From assembly GCA_003971905.1 (NCBI GenBank), contig RSEE01000056.1, forward strand, positions 372,001-436,000: DNA of 64,000 nt, read 5' to 3'. Position 1 is the stretch's first letter, and every line of letters begins with the position of its first letter. This document shows positions 12,919-24,419 of the stretch, piece after piece. The position numbers and the translations under genes were made by a program. Source of the DNA: Moniliella sp. 'wahieum' (lineage: Eukaryota). The notes beneath the pieces were generated by a model. That model had not been told where the DNA came from, searched no databases, and saw only the letters and a program-made list of their open reading frames with translations.

Positions 12919-14217
12919 ATGGCAACCCCCCTTTGACCCTTCCAGCCCTTTATGGGCCGACATATGCCCCACCCCACAGATGGAGGCCAACGAGCCCTCT
13001 GTCCCATCCTTTATGAACCCCATTTCGCCCACGCCATGGACCTCTTCCGCACCCTGTCGCGCCAAGGCGAGCTGAGTCTGTCTGCGCACTGGGCCTCACC
13101 AGCTACCTGGCCCAGATTGCCAGCAGCAACTACACTGTCTGGGCCTACCGCTTCCAGCTCTTGTGCGCCGACCTCTCTCCCGCGCCCAAGGAGACGTGCA
13201 GCGACCCCTTCCTTCCGCCCCTACTCAGCGTCGATGCCCGCTTGGCCGCCGAGATTGCCATGCTGGACGAAAGGTGTCGCGTGCACATGAAGCAGTACCA
13301 GGTCTGGCAGCATCGAAAGAACGTGGTCATGGAGCTTTCCGCCCGCTCGCCGCCAGTCTCCCGAAAGACAGCCCCACCACCTCCCTCCCGCTCTGGTCCC
13401 AGCTTGCCGAGACCGAACTGGAGCTTACCGCCTCGGTCCTGGCGATGGATGGGAAAAACTACCATACCTGGATCCATCGCGAATGGCCCTGGTGTACTTT
13501 GCCGGCAAGCCAGCTGGCAAAGAGGACCCGAGCTCCACCGAAGTGGGCTGGCTCCAAGCCTGCTTTCGCCCTCGATCTGGAACAACGAGGTGAGTTTTAC
13601 GGATGGGATGATTGTCGGCGACCTGTTCAACAACAGTGCCTGGAATCACCGGTATTTTGTTCAGTTTGGCGCCGGCCTTGTCCATACCACCCCCGATCCC
13701 CTGGCCAGCATATGTGGAGAAATCACCTATACCAAGAACAAGATTGCTGTAACGAACAACAACCCTTCCGCCTGGGCGTACCTTCGGGGCGTATGCGCAG
13801 CTGGAGAACGAAACGAGCAGGATACTTGCGCTGGGCGATCCGGAACGGGTGGCACATGCGACGGCCAAGGGCCGCCTTTCGCCTCAGGTGCGGGACCAAC
13901 TGGACTTGTTTGCAACGAGCCTCAGTCCTTCGGAGGAGGACCTGGCAGCGTCGCCGGATGCAGATACCGGGGTGAACAGTACGCCGCACGCGCTGGAATG
14001 GAGACTGGACAGTCTCGAAGCTCGCTTGCAGGACACGACTCTCTCCCCCGAAGAAGCGGACGAGCACCGTGCGCGTGCCTTGCGCCTGCTCGCCCGTTGG
14101 TCAATGCCGATCCGATGCGCACACGCTACTGGCTGGACAAGCGCAAGCTGTTTGGCAGCGTGGGGAAAACTGAGGGACCGTGCCGGTCACCGGTCCTCTT
14201 TCTCCCCTAAGGCCTAA
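12919..14217 (+). CDS. RAM2: Protein farnesyltransferase/geranylgeranyltransferase-I alpha subunit
   Basis: DGGQRALCPILY..AMDLFR; NYTVWAYR; KQYQVWQHR; MDGKNYHTWIHR; DLFNNSAWNHRYF; NNPSAWAYLRG; DPMRTRYW. These are PPTA repeats. Multiple frameshifts. Confidence 0.9.
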
Positions 14218-14894
14218 TCCTCGCCGCGCTTGGAGCCCAGCATCCCATGTGTGTCCCCATATAGATATTACTGTCCGATACCTAACTTGATCGCATTCCT
14301 CATTCTACGGGTGGAATGCTGTATAGTGCAAAGGAGAACGAGGTCGAGGTGGGACCAGGACCTCTTACCGTCCCATCCACTCCGGAGGGGTGGCCTACGT
14401 GACCTGACAGCAGTAAACGTTAAGCAATCCGGCTCGCTAACTCCACGAACAAGTGGCTTGTTGATACCGTTGTGTGAAACGTCGAGCAGCCCGTCGTGAC
14501 GCGTCAGCACAGCCAGTTGCGTTCATCGTTAGTACTAGTACTTCTAGTACTAGTACTAATAGCTCAAAGAGTCCCCGGCACCGATAAGCACAAGGGGTAT
14601 CAACTGCATTACTGGTATCAAGTCATCGTGCGTGTATCAGGCCTTCAGCCCTATCAGGTATCAGGTAACATGTCGCAGGCCTCAGGCCTCGGACCTCATC
14701 CAAGCAAGCAAACGTCAGTATCAATGGCACCGATTATTGGAAACACCCGAATCCGACAGCCACTCTGTGGTTTACATGTACACCTCAACCTCACATAGAT
14801 GATGGAACAGATATGATATGAATCTAGCATACAAGGACGGCGAGGTGGGGGTAAAAGGGGCTCCTGGGGGGGGGGGGGGGAGGGAACCTTTTGC

Positions 14895-16594
14895 TCAAGG
14901 CAAGTTGGATGGGTAGATAAAGGTGGAAGGCTGGATCGAGGTCTCCTTGATCGTGCGCGCGTTAAGGAAGCGCCCAAAGATGGAGGGGGAACCAGCCTTG
15001 TCGTTGGTGCCCGACGCACGAGCGCCACCAAACGGCTGCTGTCCCACCCAGCACCAGTGCACTTGTCGTTGATGTACATCATGCCCGACGAGTTGCGGAG
15101 GTAGTTGTTGGCCTCAATGATGCCCTCCGGCCAGTACCAAAGATGGAGCCAGTAAGCGCATACTCGGTCGTCGTGTCAATCAGCTCGCACACCTCCTGGA
15201 TCGGCATGGTGTCAGGGTAGGGGTAGATCGTCAGCCGGCCCGAAAATCTCGCTGCGCATCGTGACGCTCTTCGGATCGCTCGTCTCAATCACAGTGGGGG
15301 AACGTAGAAGCCCTTCGAGTCGTCCGCCTGCGCCGCCCACAACCACCTTGCCGCCCTCCTTGATTGCCGCCGCGATCATCGAAGTGATCTTGTCAAACGA
15401 TGCTGGGCAATGACAGGGCCCATAAAAATGCTCAAACTCTTCCACGGACCAAGGGTGATCGAGTTGACGGCCGACGAAAGCTTGGCCTTGAACTCGCCCT
15501 CCCACATGCTCTTCGGCACATACAGGCGCGACAGGGCGCTGCACTTCTGACCCTGGTACTCAAACGCACCGCGAATCGCCTGGGTCACAGCCGAGTCCAC
15601 ATCGGCATCGGGCAAGATCAGGTGGAAGTTCTTGCCGCCCGTCTCACCCACAATGCGGGGGTAGGCGCGGTAGAGGTCAATGTTGCCAATCTGCTTCCAG
15701 AGCGAACGGAAAACATGCGTCGAGCCGGTAAAGTGCAAGCCGGCAAAGTCCTTGTTGTTGATCGCCGCCCCCACGATCGGCTCGGCGGGGCCAGGGACAA
15801 ACTGAATCACACGTCGGGCATACCGGCCTCCTTGAAGATCTGGTACAGGAGGTAGTTACTGTACATGGCCATCGGGCTCGGCTTCCACAGCGTCACGTTG
15901 CCCACAATCGCGGGCACAGCAACAAGGTTGCCGCCAATGGCAGTAGTAAAGTTGAAAGGCGAGACAGCCAGGACAAAGCCCTCGAGCGGGCGGTACTCCG
16001 AGCGGTTCCACGAGGTGAGCGAGTGCTTGGGAGGCTGGGTCCGGTAGATTTGGTCAACGTACTGCACACCAAACCGGAGGAAGTCGCAAATCTCGGCCGC
16101 CGCGTCAATCTCGGCTTGCCACACATTCTTGCCCTGGCCCAGCATGGTGGCGGCCATGAGCTTGAAGCGGTACTTGTTCGAGATGAGGTCCGCCGCCTTG
16201 AGGAAGATCATCGCGCGGTCGTTCCAGGGCATGTCGGCCCACGCCTGGCGGGCCTTCAAGGCACCAGCGATGGCCTCCTGCACATGCTCAGGGGTGGCTT
16301 CCTGGAAGATGGCAACGGGAGCGCCCTTGGTGTTGCCGGGGTTGAGCTGTGTCGCAGTCTTGCCCGACTTGACCTCCTTGCCATTGATCACCAACGGGAT
16401 CTCCACAGGACCGGCAGCAATCATGGCCTTGAGCTCAGCTTGCAGCTGGAGGCGGTCGGCCGAGCCAGGCTCGTAGTTGCGCTAAGGGGCGGGCGAGTCA
16501 GATAACAGCACCAGGAGCGGGAGAAGGCAGGACATACCATAGGCTCATTGAAGGCCGGGGGAATGTCGTAGATACCGAAAGTAGGAGCAACCAT
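14895..16594 (-). CDS. PUT2: Delta-1-pyrroline-5-carboxylate dehydrogenase (ALDH4)
   Basis: MVAPTFGIYDIPPAFNEPM|intron ~16482-16537|..TMLGQGKNVWQAEIDAAAEICDFLRF..RPLEGFVLAVSPFNFT..LHFTGST..RIVGETGGKNFH..AFEYQGQKCSA..EIFGP..YALTGSIF..YINDKCTGA..SGTNDKAG. Confidence 0.95.
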
Positions 16595-17325
16595 GGCAGC
16601 GAACAAGTCGTGTGGCTGGAGGGTGAAGGGGGGGGGAGGGTACGGTTGGATGGACAGATCAGGGCTGGGCAAGGGAATCGAGGGGTTTTATACCAGCCTG
16701 GCCTGGCAGCTGAACCAGGCTGAACCTGCCAGAACGCCGACGAGGATGGGATTGGTGATTGGCCAGGTGGATAACCCAGATAAATTCGAAGTAATCTGCC
16801 GCCCCCCGCACCCGGCCACTCTGGCCGCCCGCTGGTATGCCCGTGCGCACCCGCCTGCAACGGGTGTACGTAATTATCCGACACTGCCCCTCTGCCCGGC
16901 TCGCCCCCGCCCCGAATGATAATTGCCGCCACGCCCAGCCGGCTCTTTACCTGCGGCTGGCTCTGGACGTTTCCCACGTTTACCCCACCCACATGTGCCG
17001 CTTTCTTCCGGCCGCTCTGGATTTGAGTTGGATTGGCTGTGTCACATGTCGCTAGCACAAGACACTCTCGGACGGGTGTCTGCTTGTCGGGACCTGCAAA
17101 AAGCGCTCTCCAGAATCGCATTTTTCCGCGTGAGACCCATGCGTCAACACATACACCCCAGTCTCCCATATCCGGACTTGTAGGATGCTGTGGTATCGTG
17201 CATATCATGTGTATCCAAATACACCCTACAGGCTTCTAACTCAAAAGCACCTCAGCTCCACAGAATGGAGAATGGCGGAGACACTGATCGTTCCAAAGGA
17301 AAGGGGGAGGAGTGGAACGTGCTGT

Positions 17326-18519
17326 TCAAGCCAGGTAGTTGTAGGTAGACATATTACCAAAGCCAAAGTCAGGGGAGCCTCCCAAGGTCCCAAAGACGTC
17401 GCCCACATAGTTTTTGGCCGAGAAAGTGTTGTTCTCATAAAGAGTGTCCCACTGCTGGACCACGTCGTTGATAAAAGGCCAGCCACCATGGTACAGATTC
17501 TGTACCGAGAGCGGGAATGCGTCGCCCATGGACGAGTTGGTAAAGTACGTGACGGCATCCATCGAGGGAGGCGCTCGGTCAAAGTCGGAAACGCTCCGCA
17601 TGACCACGAGTCGCTCATAGTCCAACAGACCATACTTGGAGGCACGCATCAAGGCAGAAGCCACGGCAGTGTCCTCCTGAGCGGTAGTGCAGTACTCTGC
17701 TGTAGCGTTTGTCCAGGTTTTCATGACGTTAGAAAACGCATCGTCAAGGTAAGCCCCCGTATAGTATTGTCGCTTGTGGCCACGTCGCACTTCACTACCG
17801 CAGGAGGTTGGTTGGCTGGCGCATAAGGGTACAGTTTGCGGAAGTCCTGGGGTGTTTTGGCATCGGCTAGGGTAGCCTTGGAACCCAACTGATACGCGCC
17901 CCTCCTGGAGGGCGCGATTGAACTCAAACACTTCCGTTCCGTAAAACGTGCCCGGATACTCGCCAGGCTCTTTGGCATTGTAGGCCAAGTAGCCGGTGGT
18001 CCAGTTGCGACTCGCAACGTCCCGGTAATCAAACTCTTGTTGCATGCCCACACTCACTGCGTAACGGGAAAAGGCAACCGAGCCGAGTGTGGTATGGTGG
18101 GGGTTTGCCCCCGCAATCCCCGCAACGAGGAAATACGTTTCTTGAGATCAAAATGAGGGCTAACGGATAAGGCGGTAGCCGTTGAAGCTGCATTGATCTC
18201 GCCCTCGCCCGTGACAACATTGCAGATCGAATAGTCCTCGACGCAAAACACGTGCGGAGAGGGGGGAAAGACCTGGAACGGTAACGTTGTGGGTAAAGTT
18301 GAGGTGCTCGTGCCACACTTCCATTTCTGGTTGAAAGAGGGAAATAATGATGGCCTTGGGGGTATGCGCATTGCTAAACTTGTCAACCTTGACCTCCTCA
18401 TATTGCAGTTGGACGGGGTGGGGACGGAAAGCGCCGCGGCGGCTGCGTTTGGGGTTTGCACTCTGGACAGTGGCTGCAGCAGCCAAGAGGGTCACGAGAG
18501 TAGAGGTGATGAGCCTCAT
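17326..18519 (-). CDS. Purine nucleoside permease (NUP family) with N-terminal signal peptide
   Basis: MRLITSTLVTLLAAAATVQS signal; PKAIIISLFQPE; VPGLSP; VTGEGEINAA; SPHFDL; AQEDTA; VMRSVSDFDRAPP. Two or more frameshifts; no intron seen. Confidence 0.85.
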
Positions 18520-19704
18520 GGTTCGTGAGGATAGGAGAGAAACGACGGTAGTGGAGATGAAAACGGCGGTGGGGTGTGGATGAGAAGAGAGTATTCGTTT
18601 TGCTGCCCGGAACCGTTTGTATATATGAGAAGTGGAACTGAAGAGGGATAGTCGATAGATCGAGAGTTCTGCGGGAAGGTGAGAAAGTGTGGGAGGCCAG
18701 AGCGGGGGGCTCTAAAACAGAGCCACATGGTCCGGAGCAGTAGCCGGGTTGCCCTTGCATAGTAAGTAACTTTGGCGCTCGGTAGTAAAACACAGATCTA
18801 CAGAAGGAACGACGCCACCAGCAGTGTGGGGAACAGGGGGGGGGGGGGGTTGGGCGTTGGGTGGTCAGCGGGTCAGCGGCCACTACGCAATGTGCTCAAT
18901 GGATGAGATGGGTGATGCAAATCATGTGGCGGTGGGTGGGAGCTGTCTGCGAGCGACTGTCGCGGCAAGCGGCTTCTCTATTTGGCCGACTGGACGGAGA
19001 TGTGGTGGCTTGTGGTGCCGCCTGGTACTGCAGTCCAGTCCCGGTGGGCTGTGTGGGTGCGGTGATTGAATATGTGTGCGGCGGGAGACGCACCAGACCA
19101 GTGTAGGGGCCAAAACAAACGCCCGCCGCCGCGTGTGGTGTCCGTTTGCTCTCTGGTGGGCCTGGAGTGCTCCTATGTGCCCCCTTTTGTGTCCCATGCA
19201 GCCCAAACCCACAGTACCAACGCCACAGGCGAGCTACCGCAACGTCCCACCGGAGAAACTATTCCTTCAACAGCTTCAACCTCGAATAGCTTGAGTAACC
19301 CATCAGTACGTAGAGTATACCTTCCACTCAATATTCAATGCTCAGTTTTTAACGTTTAACGTTTAACTCAACAAGCTTCAAGATACGTTCAAGTCCCAAG
19401 GTCTCAGTGAAGTAGCCCTGCTCAGGCTCTGAGATGATCGATGAACTATCATGGTCGGTAGCTACATTTGTGGTAAGCAGTTGATCTGGTGAAGAATACC
19501 CCCCCACTAACAGTGGCAAGGGACGAGCTACCAACAAAACGAAAAGAGATGATTCAAGTACCCAGATCTCAACAGATGGTGTGGTGGCCCCGTTGTGGTG
19601 AATTAGTAGATAGGGTGAAGTATAGGCGAAAAGTGAGAGGGGGTTGTGATTGTATGCGTGGGGTGAAATGACCTTTGGGGGTCGGACCAAGGCCAACCGT
19701 GAGC

Positions 19705-20316
19705 TCAGTACGCCGCTGTGAACATGTCTTTAATAGCAAGGTTCTTGTCAATCGCATCGGCCATAGCGGTGGCTGCGTCCGACATGGAGATGGCGGATTT
19801 GCCCTCGGCATCCTTGATAAGAGTGTCGTGGCCCAAGCGGAAGGAACCGGTGCGAGGACCAGGCGCGAAGGACCCAGGCGGGGCAAAGTAAGTCCAATCC
19901 ACATCCTTCACCTCCTTCAACGCCAAGAGAATGTCAATGCCCTTTTGGGCATAGGGCTTGAAAGCAGGGTCGAAAGTGGGTTGGTCAATCAACCGCTGTC
20001 CAGGCGCCACATACAGGGAAGCGGCGCCTCCGATGACCAGAACGCGCTTGACATGCGCCCCGCGGGCCGCATCTAACACGGAAGCAATGGGGATATCAAA
20101 CCGCAACGCACTCACCAACGCTGTCGAGCCCTGAATCAAGCCCTGCACCGTCCTGGGATCCGAGGCATTGCCCGCCACGGGCTTGACGTTGGCCACGGTA
20201 GGAATGCGCTCGGTGGTTTGAGCAATTGCGATGACCTTGTGTCCTCGGGAAGCAAATTCCTTGACCAACTCACTCCCAGCCCGACCAGAGGCACCCAGAA
20301 TGGCAACCGTTGACAT
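19705..20316 (-). CDS. NAD(P)H-binding oxidoreductase, YwnB/flavin-reductase-like atypical SDR (203 aa, intronless)
   Basis: Uninterrupted ORF: MSTVAILGASGRAG (Rossmann) ..RVLVIGGAASL..DWTYFAPP..PGPRTGSFRLG..SAISMSDAATAM..FTAAY. Confidence 0.9.
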   Translation of the reverse strand: MSTVAILGASGRAGSELVKEFASRGHKVIAIAQTTERIPTVANVKPVAGNASDPRTVQGLIQGSTALVSALRFDIPIASVLDAARGAHVKRVLVIGGAASLYVAPGQRLIDQPTFDPAFKPYAQKGIDILLALKEVKDVDWTYFAPPGSFAPGPRTGSFRLGHDTLIKDAEGKSAISMSDAATAMADAIDKNLAIKDMFTAAY

Positions 20317-21037
20317 GCTACACAGACGCAAAATCGTGTGGGGGCGGCGGAAGCGGGGGAGGGTTAGTCCAAAAAGTTGGCAGTGTATCCATACAATCGC
20401 AGCAATGCACGCGACTAAACGAGGGGAAACATACTTCGTAGAGGCGTACAATAAGAGCGAAGACGGATGTACGCTGAGTGCGGAGGAGGAGGTCGTGAGC
20501 GTGGGTGTGGGTGGCAAAAGGAGATAAAAGGCGGACGGCTCTATAATCCTGGCACAATTATATTGCAACCGGCGAGCCAAGGCACGGCTCGCACAGGCCC
20601 ACCACATGCATCACTCAATAGAAAGGGTGTGGCACCCGGGACACTTTGTGGGGGGCGGGACGGGACGGAACCGGGGGCATCAGATCGATCACAGCCCTAA
20701 CCACTTTGGACCAGCACATCCTGCTGCGTCTTACTAAAAACACATCACATTGCCCATCACCTGTTGACCACATCTGTCCGTCCCCCCCGCACGCCACAAC
20801 AACCGATCATCCTGATCCGTAGTGGCCCGGCAATTGGAGATTGATGATGGGCAAGGCTGTGTGGACATACGCTTTGCGAACAAGAGGCCAGTGTTGTGAC
20901 ATCTCAGACAGCAATACGATGGACGCACGTCACGTGACCAGTCTCATATTTCAACTTGGCCCCATGCAGGATGAGACCGATGATCGATGATCGATGATCG
21001 ATTACAAATAACAGGCTTAGGTCAGCCGGGGGAGGCC

Positions 21038-21635
21038 ATGGCAGATGGGAGGCCCAGGCGCAAAAGGCCAAGCCGGCGTCCAGGGAGCTGGACCACCATC
21101 TCTTCCCCAGCATGTCCACCGTCAAGGAGGTCGGCACGACCAGTGCGCCGCTCAAGAGCGCGTCCTTCTTTATCGGGTCTTTTTCAAGAAGTATAATGAT
21201 GACTTCATGCTGTGCAAGCAGAGAGGCCGTGACCCCGCACTATGCCTCAAAGAGGGCCGCCGGGTCACGCGCTGCACACAAGACTTGTCCGTTGCCTCGC
21301 TCCACTTTGGGTTGGCTGTGTACTGACCCTCCCTCTGCCCCCGCAGCATCCGCCAGCTGAACAAGGCGTGCAAGGCCCAATGGGAGACCCATTACGAGTG
21401 CCTCGAGAATGGCGACCACTACTTCTGGAAGTGCCGGGCCGAGGAGAGGCCGTTCAACAAGTGTGTGTACGACAACTTTGTACGTCCCAACCCCCATGTG
21501 CTCAACGAGAGGGAAGGATGCTGACCTCATCACACCTCCGAGTAGAAGCTGAAGAAGGTGCTACCCGATACTCCGGAAGGGGTCACGCCCGTGCATGAGC
21601 TGGAGAACCCGATCTACCGCCCGTTCTCGTCGTAA
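21038..21635 (+). CDS. NDUFA8: Complex I subunit NDUFA8 (20.8 kDa, CX9C motifs)
   Basis: VKEVGTTSAPLKSASFFIG..YNDDFMLCK..DPALCLKEGRRVTRC..HYECLE..WKCRAEERPFNKCV..KLKKVLPDTPEG. Introns ~21287-21346 and ~21480-21545. The start is uncertain. Confidence 0.9.
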
Positions 21636-22660
21636 GCATATATCCTATGCCCCTCCTATGGCCCAAGATACCGGTCTTATAGGATGTGCAATGCGCCTTG
21701 GATACTGTGGGATGGGGATGGTCGATGAAACTTGGAGCAGGGACTGGTTCGGTCGGCTAGGGAAGGGCAGAGCGCAGGTCGTCGGTTCATCCTTCCTCAT
21801 CGAGTAGTGTGTGCCCCACCACCACTGCGTGATAGGCGCACACGTTCATGCTAATTTGGGACCAAGTGACCTTCACCGACATGCGTTTGTGGCCAGAGGG
21901 CGCGTGGCTGGGAATGACCGACAAGTGGGAGACGTGTGCTTTGGCTTCTGTAACTAGCGAGTCAGGCGCCAACACGAGACAGAGACCTGCTGGTTCGGTT
22001 GAGGACTTGGGGGAGAATTGAAGGCGCGGCGATATGCCAGTTGCCAACCAATAAGAATCGGCGTTTAAGCCGCGCGGGCTCATTGCATGACGCCTCAACT
22101 ATTCGCCACAGGTGTGTGTGGTCAGATCTTAGATGAGAGATGGGTGCACCTCCCCGCGCGAATTTACTTCCCTCCTACGAAAGGGGGGCGTATCGATCAC
22201 TTGCCCAATGGTGCCCGCCTGGGCACATCAGGGAAGAGACCGAGGCCCTGGAAGTGGACATGACTGTGTTGGCGAAGCAGTGCCTCATTTTCGACAAAAC
22301 CTAGGGGCAGCCAGGTTCAGCATAAAGTACAAGGCTCTAGACTTTTTAGGGGGGCAAGACACCTTTTCTTGAATTTGTTGGTCTATTGCGTACTGCGCCA
22401 ATCACTCCTTCTGATGTCGAAGTCCCACCCTCAAAAGTCATTTGCCGGTCCGAGTGAATAGATATGCCCTGTCGCGCCTTCCAGCACATGGTGCATTGCG
22501 TAGTCATCGCTCTCTCGCATCCTATCGCTTTCAGACTTTGTCACTACATTCAATGAAGGCAACGTCTCACTGCACGACCGCCAAGCACGTTGCCTGCACT
22601 GTAGCTTATAGGGCGAAGCGGGTCAGATGTATAAGGATGCATGGCGTGAACCAAAACCAC

Positions 22661-23261
22661 TTAGTTCTTGCCTTCGCGCATGGCAAGGAGGGCCTGGGTG
22701 ACCGGCTGTTCAACAGCAAGCTTGGGGTCGGGCATCTTGAGTGCCTTGAGCAGCGCGGTCGGAGATTGAACCTGGGGACGGGATCGGTGTTGCCGGAGGA
22801 GGTTGGCCTCATACGGGTGTGCATCTCCGCGTAGAGCTTAAGACGAGAAAGACGTTCGTACCGGAACGAATTTTTGGGCAGCATACCCGACACAGCTTGA
22901 CGAATGATCTGTCCATGCCAATGGTTAGGTGGGGTTCTTACACAGAGGAGGGAAACGCACCCGTTCTGGGTGATCCAAGCGCAACTGGTGGAATGTGTGC
23001 ACACGCAGCGAACCGGGTCTGGTAGTGCTCTTGTAGTAGAGCTTCTTGAACTTCTTCTTGCCTGTTACAAGCGTCCTCAATGTTGGTGACAACAACGATG
23101 TCGCCAGCGCGGTCAGAGCCGGCGTCGTAGAAAGGCTTGTGCTTGCCCATCAGCACACGAGCCACGGACTCGGCCAAGCGACCGAGGGTGCGGTCGCGCG
23201 CGGAGACATGGTGCCAAATCCGCGTGTAGAGCAGATCGCGTGCGCCGTTGACCTGCGACAT
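22661..23261 (-). CDS. MRPL23: Mitochondrial ribosomal protein uL13m
   Basis: MSQVNG..RIWHHVSA..LGRLA..VLMGKHKPFYD..GDIVVVTN..IIRQAVSGMLPKN..RLSRLKLY. Intron ~22909-22961. Confidence 0.9.
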
Positions 23262-23468
23262 GGCGAGATGGTGGTCGTGGCGCCTTCTGGCTGCGTGCCC
23301 AGCGGGAAGAAGCGGCGGCAGAGCAGCTTCTTACCCTGTTCCGCCCGGCCTGCAATTTCATATCCTGCGCGCATTCCGCCCGGCGGCCGATTAGTAAAGC
23401 AGCGGCGGCGGCGGTCGCCCGCAGGCCGCCCGCCCTCCCGCCTCCATCTGCCCACGGCCTGGTCGACG

Positions 23469-23944
23469 ATGAGCAGCGGCTTCACCTACAAGCAGGACCT
23501 GCCGCCGGCAGCGGGCTACGCCCCCATCCGGTACAAGCGCAACCTCCCCCGCCGCGGCCCAGCAGGGTGGATCGGCCTGTCGGCCGTGCTGCTCATGACT
23601 GTCGTCGCGGGCAAGTACAAGCTCGACACGCGCAAGGAGGAGCTGTACGTCTCTCCCCTGCTTTTCTTTCATGCGGGTTGGCATGCTGACTCTTCCCCCC
23701 CCCCCCCCTGTGGCATCGAAGCGAGCTTAACCGGGAAGACCAGTGGTCGCGCATTTTGTTGGTGCCTATGCTGCAGGCCGAGGCGGACCGTGATCTGCAG
23801 CGACAGATTGAGGAGAACCGGCGTCGTGAGAGCAAGATTATGGCAGACATACCCGGTTGGGAAGTGGACAAGAATGTGTACAACGACAAGAGCTACTTCT
23901 TGTCGTCTGCGCGCCGCCGCACGCCCATCCCGCCCGTTGACTGA
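23469..23944 (+). CDS. NDUFA13: Complex I subunit NDUFA13 (GRIM-19/B16.6)
   Basis: QDLPPAAGYAPIRYKRNLPRRGP..|intron ~23645-23720|..WSRILLVPMLQAEADRD..IMADIPGWEV..VYN. Confidence 0.93.
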
Positions 23945-24419
23945 GCTGCTAATTGTTACCGTCAGTGGGAATGCACCGAGCATGAACTTGCACTTGCCAG
24001 GACCAGGGTCAAGGTGGGCTGATCAGCTGGGATGTGGGGTGGCAGCCGCATGGCTGCCGTGCTTCCTTAGGTACTGTGGCTGGATGTTGGAGACCCAATG
24101 GTAGGTTGGGCCATGTAGGAGGTAGGGTTTGATGGGTGTGCACTGAAGGAAAATGCAAAGCTGGTCGCAGGGGGGTGGTGGGGTGCGACTTGGAAGAGTG
24201 TACGGGTGGTCTTCCTGAGTATACAACAGCGGCAAGGCCAGCATCGCACATGAAGCTGATGTGAATCAGACGACGGGATGAGCTCGAAGAGTTTCGTTCA
24301 GCTGCAACGTTCAAGCTTTGAAAACGTGAACCTGGAGCTTGCTTGGGTGGTCGCCATTACTTCCCGATTGAATTTATTTCCCTTCTACCACCGCAACCAA
24401 ACTCGCGCTGGGCACAAAA

